Source: Octopus bimaculoides
Taxonomy: Eukaryota
Reading direction: 5' to 3'
Assembly: GCF_001194135.2 (NCBI RefSeq)
Contig: NC_068988.1
Span: forward strand, 27,300,748-27,364,747
Length of the DNA: 64,000 nucleotides
A model generated the notes under the pieces. It was given only the letters and a program-made list of their open reading frames with translations. It was not told where the DNA came from and made no database searches. This document shows positions 13,146 through 24,592 of the stretch, one piece after another. Position 1 is the first letter of the stretch. Every line of letters starts with the position of its first letter. The position numbers and the translations under genes are program-made.

Positions 13146-15589
13146 TATACTGATACAGTATAAGCCATCTTCAATTCTTATTAGAACTTAGGCAAAGCCA
13201 TCTGTCCTCATTTGATAAAATAAACACCTTTTGAGATTTGGGGATTTTAATTTTTTTAATCTCAAAAGTAAACTATATTTAGCGAAAGTGTTTTAGTGGT
13301 TCAACTTAAGGTTTTGAAGAGTTTGCTTGTAATAAGACATGTTTTACATCAATGGTTTTTGAGGTGTTGGAAGCAGATCATCGCAGTAGATGTTGTGAAC
13401 TGAATCTTACTGGTCTGCTCTGAATTGTAGCTCCCAGGAAATTATAGGGTATCTAAAAAAGGTCAGCTTTGGTGTCGAGACTGAGTGCAAAATGGAAGGT
13501 GGGAATAAAATAGCATGTGTCATTTAAACCATTTCTCAAGAGATCTTTTACAGTGTCAAGGAAATTAAATTATAAAACTGCAACACAATATGTACCAAAT
13601 AGAAAATTTTATGAACATCTCCTCTCCCAATCAGTTTGTGGTCATGTTCCAAAATAAAATATCCTTGCTGTGTTAGTTTCTCATTAAAAGTACAACATTT
13701 AACCATATATTTGGAGAAAGCATTAAATTCCTTTAAATAGAAAGGATAGGATTTGATAACATAATCATGCTACATCAAAGAATATTTTTGTTATTTTTTT
13801 ACTTACAGACTCTCCTCTAATTAATTTAATCCTGAGTATACCTTTATCTTCTAAACCCAACTCAGTCATTATCTGTAAATAATATAATCCATCATGGCTG
13901 GATGAGAGGGCTGACATCTGTGGCTAACAATGTCTTCATGATTTGACAAAGAAAAATATATTTTTACTCCAAGAAACATGTACAGTTAAGTGAGTTTGTG
14001 GGGGCAAAGTGACGGACATAACTGCTAGGAATATTGTTAACTAGCTTTATGAATAGTAGGGCTTAAGAAAAGTTTAATTTAAAAAAAAAAGTACTCTCTG
14101 TAAAGTGGTTAATGATAGGAAGTTGCATTCAGCTTTAGAATCCATACCAAAAATGGAAAATTCAAGTGAGCTGTGATGTCCAACCTAGGCCAGTATGGAA
14201 ACCAGAAATAAAACGGTGATAATGACAATGTATATCAGACTAATTTCACTTTGGCTTCTTCAGATTTTCCATAGATGACACAGAAAGCCAGAACCAACAA
14301 AGGAACCTTTACATTATCTCTTGATTTGCAAGAAATAGTAGCCAAATCTCCATCAAATTACATGATACTATCTAAGGAGAAGAAAAGACATTTTGTGTAA
14401 TGTAGCTGTGACATACTGCTAAAAAAAAAACTGTATGGTCCAGGTTGGAACGTCTTCGATCATAGAACTGCTCTGTAAGGACTGACTTTGGGCTGAACAA
14501 GTGCTGGACCTATAGATTGCACCTTAGAAACCTTGAAAAACCCTCCTCTGTGGCTGCAGGAGCTTATTTTCTTTCAATGGCATCAAGAAAATACTTCAAC
14601 TCTGATCAGTTTTCGACTTGCTGCAAAGAAGGCTTAAGCGCTCCTGTCATCAGAGTTCTGCTTATATATCTGGGAGAGTGTTGCTGCCATACTCATAAAT
14701 ATCCTCCTATACCATATCTAAAAAAAAGAAATAATCTGATCAATTAGCAAAGACTTAGTCACAAAGATGTTAAAACCTGTAACAACACTGTTTCTCTCTG
14801 CTACCTCTTCAATCATTACTACAGCTATTTTATTCCTCTGAACCGACAAACTGCACAACAAGTCATTCCAATGCACTTACTTCTCTTCTTTATCAACAAT
14901 ACATTTTGCCTTCTTAAGATTCATAACTTAATTCTTTACCAAAATAGTCCTTCCCCCAGACTGTAACTCTTTGGAATTTCCTTTCTGCCCACGTTTTCCT
15001 TACAGGCATCAGTTACTGAATTTCAAATTCAAACATCGACTGCCTTGATTTCATTCACTCTAAGAGGTCTTTAAAGATTATGAAGTGCTATCCTTTCTCA
15101 GACAAAATAAAAATATTTCTTTTAAAGAAGAGAGAGGAAGTAACAACAACGGGTGGTGCAAGTATGACTTGTGCATGCAACCACATGGTTCCAGGTTCAA
15201 TTCCAGCACAGCCTCTTCAGTAAATGTCTTTTGCTATGGCCTCAGGTTAATCAATTGCATTAAGTGGAATTTTTTTAGTGGAAACAGTGCAGAAGCCTAT
15301 CTTGTGGGATCACAGGCAGGCTGACAGATAAAAAAGACTTTGTATTTGGCAGATACACAGAAGTAGTTATTGGTAAGAGTATATGCAAAATAAATTTCTC
15401 CAAATGCTTGGAAAGATATGTAGAAGGATAGCTTCTCCATTAACAAGGTGATCTAATTAACAGTTGAGGAGGGTATTCCAAAACCATAGCAACCTAACTA
15501 AGAACAAGGTGAGAAATTCTTAAGGACCTCACACAACTGCTAGCAACAAAGGTATCTTCTCTGATGCCTGTGTATGATGTTGTATGGTA

Positions 15590-15870
15590 ATGAAAACATG
15601 GGCTTTGCATCTAGAATATGTGTGAAGACTAGAAAATATTGAGTGTGCTCTGTAGGGATGGCAGTTCAGTAAAGGAAGGTTAACTAATCAAAATGGAAGG
15701 AACTTATGAAAGAAGATCAAGGAAGACATGGACAGAAGTGGTGAAAGATGATGTTAGGATGATAAACCTCAGAGAAGAAATGGTGAGTGACCAGACAAGT
15801 AGCAAGACTCTTTGCTGAGAAGACCTGCTCTAGCCATGCAAACATGGGAAAATGGAGATAAAAATGATGA
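15590..15870 (+). mobile_element. RTE-clade LINE ORF2 C-terminus plus 3' UTR remnant
   Basis: Translates KMEGTYERRSRKTWTEVVKDDVRMINLREEM, matching the RTE GRPRKTW..V..D end motif. Confidence 0.6.
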
Positions 15871-16629
15871 TTGAGATATATATGTGTGTATGTATGTACA
15901 TATGTGTATATTCATTTACCAAAGAAAAATGACAAGAAAACTGGGAAATTGATGCTTTCAAATAAAAATATTCACTGTGATATTTACTTGTGAGTGTGTG
16001 CGTGCCTTCGAAAAACTTGTACACACAAACCCTTGTCATTCTTGTTGGAGATTTGGTGAATCATTGAGTAAACCAATAGAAACCTGTAACTGATATCACT
16101 GTTGTTCACCTAATGTGATAAAAATTGAATAAGTACATAAGTAAATCCACTGCAAGTGACAAACAAGAACATGTAATGGTCTAAATGCTTTTATTGACAT
16201 TAATATGATTCATTAAGGAGACAGTGACACAAATGTTACAACTAATGTTGTTTATCATTAGGATTACATGAGGATTACATTACAAACGCCATTCAGTTGA
16301 AGGGTCTTGTCTTGTGAATTACTTGGTGACCTCACTGGGACTGCTGTCACACTCTGTGAAGTGGTTGGCATTAGGTAAGGGAACCCAGCCATAGAAACCA
16401 TGTCAAAGCAGACAGTGGAACTTGGTACAGTCTTCTTCTGGCTTACCAGCTTTTGTCTAACTGTCCAACCCATACCAGCATAGACCACGGACATTAAATG
16501 GTGGTGGTGACCTTGTTACTGTGGAATGCGCAACCATTTACATGCAAATAAAATGAGTAGGGACTTCAGTTCATCAAGCATCCTCATCATCCAGACCAAT
16601 AGAAACCCATTTACTTTATTTATTATAGT

Positions 16630-16850
16630 CTTGTGTCCTTGAGCAAGATACTTTATTTCACATTGCTCCAGTTCACTCAGGTAGCAAAAGTGAGTTATAC
16701 CCTCAATTCAGAAAGACTATAATAAATGTCACACTCTGTGTCATGCTGAATTTCCTTGAGAACTACATTAAGGGTATGTGTATCTATGCCACTTGCTCAT
16801 TGATCAGATCAACTGGAACCCTCATCGTCATAACCAACGGAGTCCCAGTT
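16630..16850 (+). mobile_element. OR-like SINE, central and 3' part
   Basis: gtcacactctgtgtcatgctgaatttccttgagaactacattaagggt..gatcagatcaactggaaccctc, as at 130-315. Confidence 0.65.
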
Positions 16851-17230
16851 TAGTAGGGTACCACAGTACCAGCCTTCCATACAAACCTGTCTGATTATTT
16901 TCATTTTCTTCTAATGCAGTTGGTCACCAGATTCTTCAGCATGCCAAACTAGATGCCTTATAAATACATTTATGTTCTTAAATAGAAATCATACTAAAGT
17001 CAACACAAGTTGAAACTTTACTTTTCATCTCTCAAGGTGGTGGATTAATGTAATAAATCTCTGCAATTAGGTGCAGGAGTGACTGTGTAGTAAGTAGCTT
17101 GCTTACCGACCACATGATTCCAGGTTCAGTCCCACTGCATGACTCCTTGGGCAAGTCTCTTCTGCTGTAGCCTCGGACTGACCAAATCCTTCTGAGTGCA
17201 TTTGGTAGATGGAAACTGAAAGAAGCCTGT

Positions 17231-17281
<51 letters not shown>

Positions 17282-17563
17282 ACACATGACAGGCTTCTTT
17301 CAGTTTCCATATATATATATAGTGTAAGTATCAGTTAGAGGGGTTTAATACCTCTAAGGGATAATTAAATCCAAAGGCCCCTCCCGGTTATTACCTGGGT
17401 AGGTACAGTCTTGTATGGTAGCAGGTGGTTCGGTTGGTAAACCGTAGTTTAAGTTATATAGGAGACGAAAATGGATATAATAACATTGGGAAACTCATGG
17501 TTTTCACTGGTATGCCTTTAATTTAATTAGATAACAAAGAAGAAAGAAGCAAAGATGAAGGTA

Positions 17564-17614
17564 GCATTTACGATCGTTTCAATTGACTGGTTTAAGTAAA
17601 TCTCTTCAGAATGC
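17564..17614 (-). ncRNA. Type I hammerhead ribozyme (complete core, palindromic stem III)
   Basis: Minus strand: GCAUU-CUGAAGA-GAUUUACU(UAAACC)AGUCAAUU-GAA-ACGAUCGU-A|AAUGC. Stem I 5 bp; stem II 8 positions with one mismatch; R10.1-Y11.1; GUA cleavage triplet. Confidence 0.85.
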
Positions 17615-17700
17615 GAATATAGATAGATGCATCCTAACTGATGCATCTATCTATATTCGCATTCTGAAGAGATTTACTTAAACCAGTCAATTGAAACGAT
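17573..17700. repeat. Perfect 61-bp inverted repeat with a 6-nt loop
   Basis: 17573-17633 is the exact reverse complement of 17640-17700; loop CTAACT. Confidence 0.97.
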
Positions 17701-18079
17701 ATATATATACATGTGTGTGTGTGTGTGTGTGTGTGTATGTTTGCGTGTCTGTGGTTGTCCCCCCCCACCATTGCTTGACAACCAATGTTGGTGTTTTTAC
17801 GTCCCTGTAACTTAGCAGTTCAGCAAAAAGGAACTGATAGAATAAGTACTAGGCTTACAAAGAATAAGTCCTGGGGTCGATTTGTTTGACTAAAGGCAAT
17901 GCTCCAGAATGGCTGCAGTCAAATTACTGAAACAAATAAAAGGATTAGGGAGTTGATTTATTCAATATAATAAACCCTTCCCTTGTACATCATCATCACC
18001 ACCTTTTAATATCTGTTCTCCATGCTAGTATTGATTGGTTGGATGGTTTAACAGGAGACTCCAAAGTCTGCTTTGGCAT

Positions 18080-18733
18080 GGTTGGTGATAGGAAGGGCAT
18101 CCAGCTGTCGAGGGGTTGGTGATAGGAAGGGCATCCAGCTGTCGAGGGGTTGGTGATAGGAAGGGCATCCAGCTGTCGAGGGGTTGGTGATAGGNNNNNN
18201 NNNNNNNNNNNNNNNNNNNNNNNNNNNNNNNNNNNNNNNNNNNNNNNNNNNNNNNNNNNNNNNNNNNNNNNNNNNNNNNNNNNNNNNNNNNNNNNNNNNN
18301 NNNNNNNNNNNNNNNNNNNNNNNNNNNNNNNNNNNNNNNNNNNNNNNNNNNNNNNNNNNNNNNNNNNNNNNNNNNNNNNNNNNNNNNNNNNNNNNNNNNN
18401 NNNNNNNNNNNNNNNNNNNNNNNNNNNNNNNNNNNNNNNNNNNNNNNNNNNNNNNNNNNNNNNNNNNNNNNNNNNNNNNNNNNNNNNNNNNNNNNNNNNN
18501 NNNNNNNNNNNNNNNNNNNNNNNNNNNNNNNNNNNNNNNNNNNNNNNNNNNNNNNNNNNNNNNNNNNNNNTGGTTGGTGATAGGAAGGGCATCCAGCTGT
18601 CGAGGGGTTGGTGATAGGAAGGGCATCCAGCTGTCGAGGGGTTCGTGATAGGAAGGGCATCCAGCTGTCGAGGGGTTCGTGATAGGAAGGGCATCCAGCT
18701 GTAATGGGGTTGGTGATAAGAGCATCCAGCTGT
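18080..18733 (+). repeat. 34-bp minisatellite (GGTTGGTGATAGGAAGGGCATCCAGCTGTCGAGG)n derived from the RTE tail; spans an N-gap
   Basis: About 3.4 units before and about 4.8 after the gap 18195-18570; no spacers. Confidence 0.92.
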
Positions 18734-19838
18734 AAAAAACCTTGCCAAAGCAGACACAGTCCTCAGGCTTGTTAGATCTTGTTAAACCATCGAACCTGTA
18801 GTGAGACAGATTAGCCATATACTTCCTAAAAATCCATACAAGCATGCTACATGGACATTGAACAATGACAACGACATCCACAGTAAGGGACATAACTTGA
18901 ACCAGGAACCTTTATTTCTAAAGCCTGGGTATTAATGTTCTTATTTTTGAAGTCATTTTGATATCATTTCACGTCTGTTTTACTATGTCAGTGTAGGTCG
19001 GATGAGGCTAAAAGTTTGGCTAAAAATTGTTAAGAAACCTGTTTACTATTGGATAACGTGAACTATTCAAATATAAAGATAAATGGTATATGTCTCTGAT
19101 GTTTTTGATCTCATAAGTGTATCCCGAGATTCTGTTTTGAGACCTTTTTTTTAATTTCCATGTGTGACATTTTCTTCATCTGATATTCCTATTGTGGGTT
19201 TCAAAATGATGATTAAGTTTCCAGTTGTGACATCTTTTATCTTTTGCTTACTTCAGTCATTGAACTGCAGCGATGCTTATTTCTTAAGCCTGATACTTAT
19301 TCTATCAGTCTCTTTTGCTGAACTGCAAAGTTACAAGGACATTAACAAACCAACACCAGTTGTCAGCTAATGGTAGGGGACGAATACAAAGACACATACA
19401 CATACATGTATTTATATAATGGGATTCCACACAGTTTCCATCTCCCAAATTCACTCACAAAGCATTGGTTAGCCTGGGGCTAGAGTGGAAAACACATGCC
19501 CGAGGAAACAGGTGAGGGTTGATGACAGGAAGGGCATCTAGCTGTAGAAAATCTGCCTCAGCTAACTCGTTCCAACCCATGCAAGCATGGAAAAGTGGAC
19601 GTTAGAACAACAATGATGAGTGGATGAATTTTATTAAGCTGGTATCAGGCTACTGGTTCAGATTCTTGTCTATAATTACAGTAAAGGACATAAAATGAAT
19701 TTTGCTCTGCTTACCGAATTCTTCATTCCAGCTGCTCTGCAAAAATACAATCCTTTGTTTTATTAAACCCTATGAATATTTTGCAATTTCATTTATTTTA
19801 TTTTCTCCTATTAATGATCTTCTTATTTTATTCCATAG

Positions 19839-19894
19839 ATAATTGGACCGAAGCCAAACCAAAGAATAAAAAGAAAGCTCGCCGTGAAAATTGA
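19839..19894 (+). CDS. MTDH: LYRIC-like gene, terminal coding exon (xNWTEAKPKNKKKARREN*)
   Basis: Acceptor ttttattccatag|AT, phase 1, compatible with exon 4; TGA at 19892-19894. C-terminus matches the recalled human MTDH end SWESPKQIKKKKKARRET. Confidence 0.75.
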
Positions 19895-19976
19895 AAGTAT
19901 TCAATGAAATTAACTCTTTAAATCAATTTTTCTCTTATCTTATTTTATTTTTAAGAAAGCACCCACATTGATCCAT

Positions 19977-20007
<31 letters not shown>

Positions 20008-22140
20008 TATATGCATGTATGGGTTTTCTGTGAGGTGAAAAAAAATCGTGATCTGTGGTGGAAATTAAGAGTAATTGTAAATTGTGTCCAAAGTGAAGAA
20101 AAAAATAGCAGAAAGAAAATGTGAAGAAAAAATTGATACGCAAAAAAAAAACTACCAACTGACGGTGGTTTTAATATTGGTGGAGGTTCCAACAGAAGCA
20201 ATNNNNNNNNNNNNNNNNNNNNNNNNNNNNNNNNNNNNNNNNNNNNNNNNNNNNNNNNNNNNNNNNNNNNNNNNNNNNNNNNNNNNNNNNNNNNNNNNNN
20301 NNNNNNNNNNNNNNNNNNNNNNNNNNNNNNNNNNNNNNNNNNNNNNNNNNNNNNNNNNNNNNNNNNNNNNNNNNNNNNNNNNNNNNNNNNNNNNNNNNNN
20401 NNNNNNNNNNNNNNNNNNNNNNNNNNNNNNNNNNNNNNNNNNNNNNNNNNNNNNNNNNNNNNNNNNNNNNNNNNNNNNNNNNNNNNNNNNNNNNNNNNNN
20501 NNNNNNNNNNNNNNNNNNNNNNNNNNNNNNNNNNNNNNNNNNNNNNNNNNNNNNNNNNNNNNNNNNNNNNNNNNNNNNNNNNNNNNNNNNNNNNNNNNNN
20601 NNNNNNNNNNNNNNCAAAATATTTGCTTATATATTATATATAAGTGTGTGCATACATTTACATACAACTATTTCACTTTCAATTATTTTCTCCTGTTAGC
20701 ATTTTCCAATCAGTACATATCAATCAAATCATTAAGATCTACAAAAGGATGAAAACTGAAATTTTCTTGCTTGAACTTTGTTTTCAACATACAATGAAAG
20801 GAAAGAAAAAGTAAAGGAGAAAATTCTGCTAAGCAGTCTGTTAGCTCCAAAATATTGACTAACTATAAATGCTTTTTTTTTTTTTTTTGAGAGAGAGAGA
20901 GACTGACATGTTTGAACTTCTAATATGGAAGTTTCTAAGCCATAGAAACCAAGGGACACATTCCCAGGCTGCACAATCACTCATGCAAAGATACATTAAT
21001 TTTGTATGATAAATGTAAATCTATGTTAAGAGACGTATTTGCGTGTCTGTTTGTCTGTGCATGTTTAACACTTAAATATATATATATATATATAAGTTTA
21101 ATTTTATTTTTTTAATATTTCCCCCCCCCCCCTCCTTCAAAAGTTTTGTAAGTTACAATTGGTGGGTTGAAAATATTCGCTTATTTTTATTATCATCATT
21201 ATTAACTATAATTTCCAATTGAACTTGAAATTTCGTTATGAAGAAAAAAAAAATAAGGCGAAAGAAATGAAATATTACAGTATGATTATAAGCTAAATGA
21301 TTTGTCTCACAAAATTTATTACTGCCAACTTCCAAACTGACTTTATTTTTGATTTTATTATTTCCTATTTTTTAAATTCATCTCCGATCATAGTAGTGAA
21401 AGTTGTCAAATCATATTCCTTCCAAGCCAGAGCACATTGATGTGCCTAAAATAAATAAATGACTAACTACTATTGCTGTATACACTCTTCCATTCTACAC
21501 CGCCGAAAAGGAGAGCAGCCGAAGTGCTGTTAATGTCTAGATGGAAATGAAATCTGTGATCAGTTTTTAACTCTCCATTTATACCTTTTCACATATTACT
21601 TTGTTTTCTTTCCTTGTCAGACAACCCCCTTCTTCCTTCCCACACCCCCCTACAACCACCTGTTGAAAATGGAAGCAGCAGAACACTCCCCACCCCGTTT
21701 TCTGCCATCTTCAGATTTATATTAATAATAAAGACAGAGAGTCTATTGTCAAACTAACAATTTGTTAACAATTTAACAAAAAAATATATATATCTAGAAT
21801 CGTTGACCAAAATGTTAAAATTATTATTGTTGTTATTATTATTTTTTTTTTTTATTCTTTGTCTTCTCTTGTTTTCCATTGTAAAAGATCAGTTTGTTTC
21901 ATAATTCTTCCCTGAGTAATTAAACAAATTACCAATTCCAGTTTGTTGAGGTACTTCCAAGATTTTTAAATATTCTACTTCAAGAAAGTGCTATGGATGC
22001 TAGTAGCCTACTTTCAAGAGGTACTCTAAAAATTATTATATTTCAGTCAGTTATTTGTTTGTGTGTACTCATTTTCAGTCACCAATTCCATATCAATTTC
22101 TAAATATACATACATACATGAATAAAAATGCCATTCAGGG
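19895..22140 (+). other. Probable long 3' UTR of the LYRIC-like gene; candidate AATAAA at 22121-22126
   Basis: SINE-free AU-rich stretch after the stop codon; the end point is a guess. Confidence 0.35.
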
Positions 22141-22362
22141 TAACTTGTATCACCATAAAACACAAGCTGCTCTCACCAGAATAAATTTCTTCCATACCAC
22201 CAGTGAACTATCTTAATAAGATGGATTCAGGACTCTACATTCAGATTAGCCAAGATGAATCTATCTATCTTCTGAAACACCATAGATCAAAATCTTCTCC
22301 TCTATGTGACAAAAGTTTTCTCTTAGTAATTTGTTGTAGATGCTTTGTGTTGTTATATATTC

Positions 22363-22396
<34 letters not shown>

Positions 22397-23337
22397 TTTT
22401 TAGCCTTCAGTTAGAAAAGCTTTTTTTTTTAATGTTATCAATATATTTTCTTGTGTTACTGAAAGCAACACTTGCCTCAAAAACCTCTGTGATTCTTTTT
22501 TAAAATTTGGATAAAACCCTAAATTAGTTTGAGTGAAAAAATTAGATTTGGATAAAAAAGCATTCTTATTCACTTATGGCAGCTGTTAACAATGCAATTT
22601 TCATTTTACCAAAATGGAAATTAAAAAAAAGAGTCCATATTAATTATACATAAAAGCTAATAGTATATTTTCTTGTATCTGGTGAGCTAAATTTTTCTTC
22701 CGAAACTTCCTTTCTCGTGTTATATTTTCTTTGATTTCTCTCTGTATATTTTCTAAGTTGATTGAAAAAAAAAAAAAGAATAATAATAAAAAGAAAAGGC
22801 CAATGGTAGCTGAACAGAAATCTGCATCTGGCCTTATTGGAAAATCCCGATTGAAGGAATTAGTTTTTTTTTTTGACTTGTGTCACTGACAGAACACTAT
22901 TGTTGTTAATCATGGTAAATGTGAGAAGAGTACAAAATATTATTCTTTGAAGACTTTGAAACGATAAAATACTGTTACCAGGTCAAACCATTGCAGTGTC
23001 CTGGATATAACATCAGTGTTATGTCTCTGAGTACATCTCCACAACCAAAGATATGTCGACTGGAAGCTTAAGCCAAATTGACCATGGTAAGATGTATCTA
23101 GTCAAATATCTATTTTAATTGCCTTTTTCTATATTTTTCACCTTATTGGTGGTTGAGACTTTTGGTTATAATAATAAAAGAAAATCTTTCACCCAAATAT
23201 TGAAACCTCGTCTTTTCTCTCAATCTTTTTCATTGTTTGTTTTTCCTCCTGAAATATTTGTTTTCACATGGAGAACCCAACTAGATTCTTCAATCTTTAT
23301 ACTTTATACCAGATTAGCAATATCAAAGGAGCATCAA

Positions 23338-23705
23338 AGGCAGCGGGCTGGCAGAAATGTTAGCATGCCAGGTGAAACACTTAGTGCTTTGAGTTCAAAT
23401 CCTGCCAGGGCCAATAAATTAAGTACCGGTTGCATACTGGGGTTGATCTAATTGACTGGCCTGCTCCCCAAAAATTTCGGGCCTTGTGTCTAAAGCAGAA
23501 AATATTTTCAAGGCGGTGAGCTGGTAGAAACCTTAGCATGCCGGGCAAAATGCTTTACGTTCTGAGTTCAAATTCCACCGAGCTCGACTTTGCCTTTCAT
23601 CCTTTCAGGGTTGATAAATTAAGTACCAGTGAAACATTGGAGTCGATGTAATCGACAATCCCCCTCCCTACAGAATCCAGGCCTTGTTCCCAAAGTAGAA
23701 AGGAT
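23338..23705 (+). mobile_element. Two tandem OK-like SINEs (family B; Deu/Nin-like central domain)
   Basis: ggcggtgagctggtagaaac..gagttcaaattccaccgag..cctttcatcctttcaggggttgataaattaagtaccag. Confidence 0.75.
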
Positions 23706-24004
23706 TATTTTTTTTTTTAACTGGCCTGATTTTTTTTCCCACTTCATCTGTAGTAGCATTTAACATCCAGCTTCCCATACTTCTATGGGTCAGATGGAAT
23801 TCATTGTGGCAGGTTTTCTATGGCCAGATGCTCTTCCCATTGCCAACTCTCACCTGTTTCCAAGCAAGGTAATATTTCTCCATAACCAGACATGTTTTTC
23901 ACTGAAAATGAGAAATGAACAACTTCATTTGTATGATGACGATGCTTGTTTACAACCATGACAATGATAATACAATGGGCTTCTTTCAGTTTCTTATTTC
24001 TTTA

Positions 24005-24225
24005 TTGCCCACAAAGGGCTAAACATAGAGGGGACAAACAAGGACAGACAAAGGGATTAAGTCGATTACATCGATCCCAGTGCGTAACTGGTACTTAATT
24101 TATCGACCCCAAAAGGATGAAAGGCAAAGTTGACCTCGGCAGAATTTGAACTCAGAACGTAGCGGCAGACAAAATACCGCTAAGCATTTCGCTCAGCGTG
24201 CTAACCACTCTGCCAGCTCACCGCC
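24005..24225 (-). mobile_element. OK-like SINE (family B)
   Basis: Reverse complement of the family B head and core; nearly identical to 32525-32740. Confidence 0.8.
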
Positions 24226-24592
24226 TTATTTTTTTTTTTTTTTTTTTCAAACACCCTTGTAAGGGCTCGATTTCAGTTTCTACTTACCAGATCTGCTTAC
24301 AAGCCTTTGGTCTGCCTAGGGCTATAGTAGACATTACTTGCCCAAGGTGTTGTGCAGAAGGACTGAACCCAAGATCACATGGCTGAGAAACCAGCTTCTT
24401 AACCACCCAGCCACACTTGTGCCTATTTATATGTAAAACAATAATCATCGTCTTCTATCTTCTATTGGTTTCAGTTATTAGACTGCAGCCATGCTGGGGC
24501 TCCACCTTCTAGAACTTCAGTCAACGAATTGACTTATTTAAGCCCTTTGCTCATTGTGGAGCATCAATGATATTTCTCCACTGTTCTAATTT

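Larger units (their letters stand above)
17069..17945 (+). mobile_element. SINE family A whose internal (TA)n is interrupted by a hammerhead-bearing insert (17281-17700)
   Basis: Head 17069-17238 and tail 17711-17945 are collinear with intact family A copies. Confidence 0.85.

Noticed and set aside
14597-14660. Minus-strand CTGATGA..GAAA with AACT/AGTT arms
   Set aside because: Stem II closing pair mismatched and no NUH triplet in register.
18080-18733. CRISPR-like 34-bp direct repeats
   Set aside because: Head-to-tail with no spacers, derived from an RTE tail, eukaryotic context.
21440-23100. Possible minus-strand exons (near 21540, 22177-22207, 22980-23097)
   Set aside because: Several alternative frames fit equally well, no recognisable protein, and the region overlaps the probable LYRIC 3' UTR.
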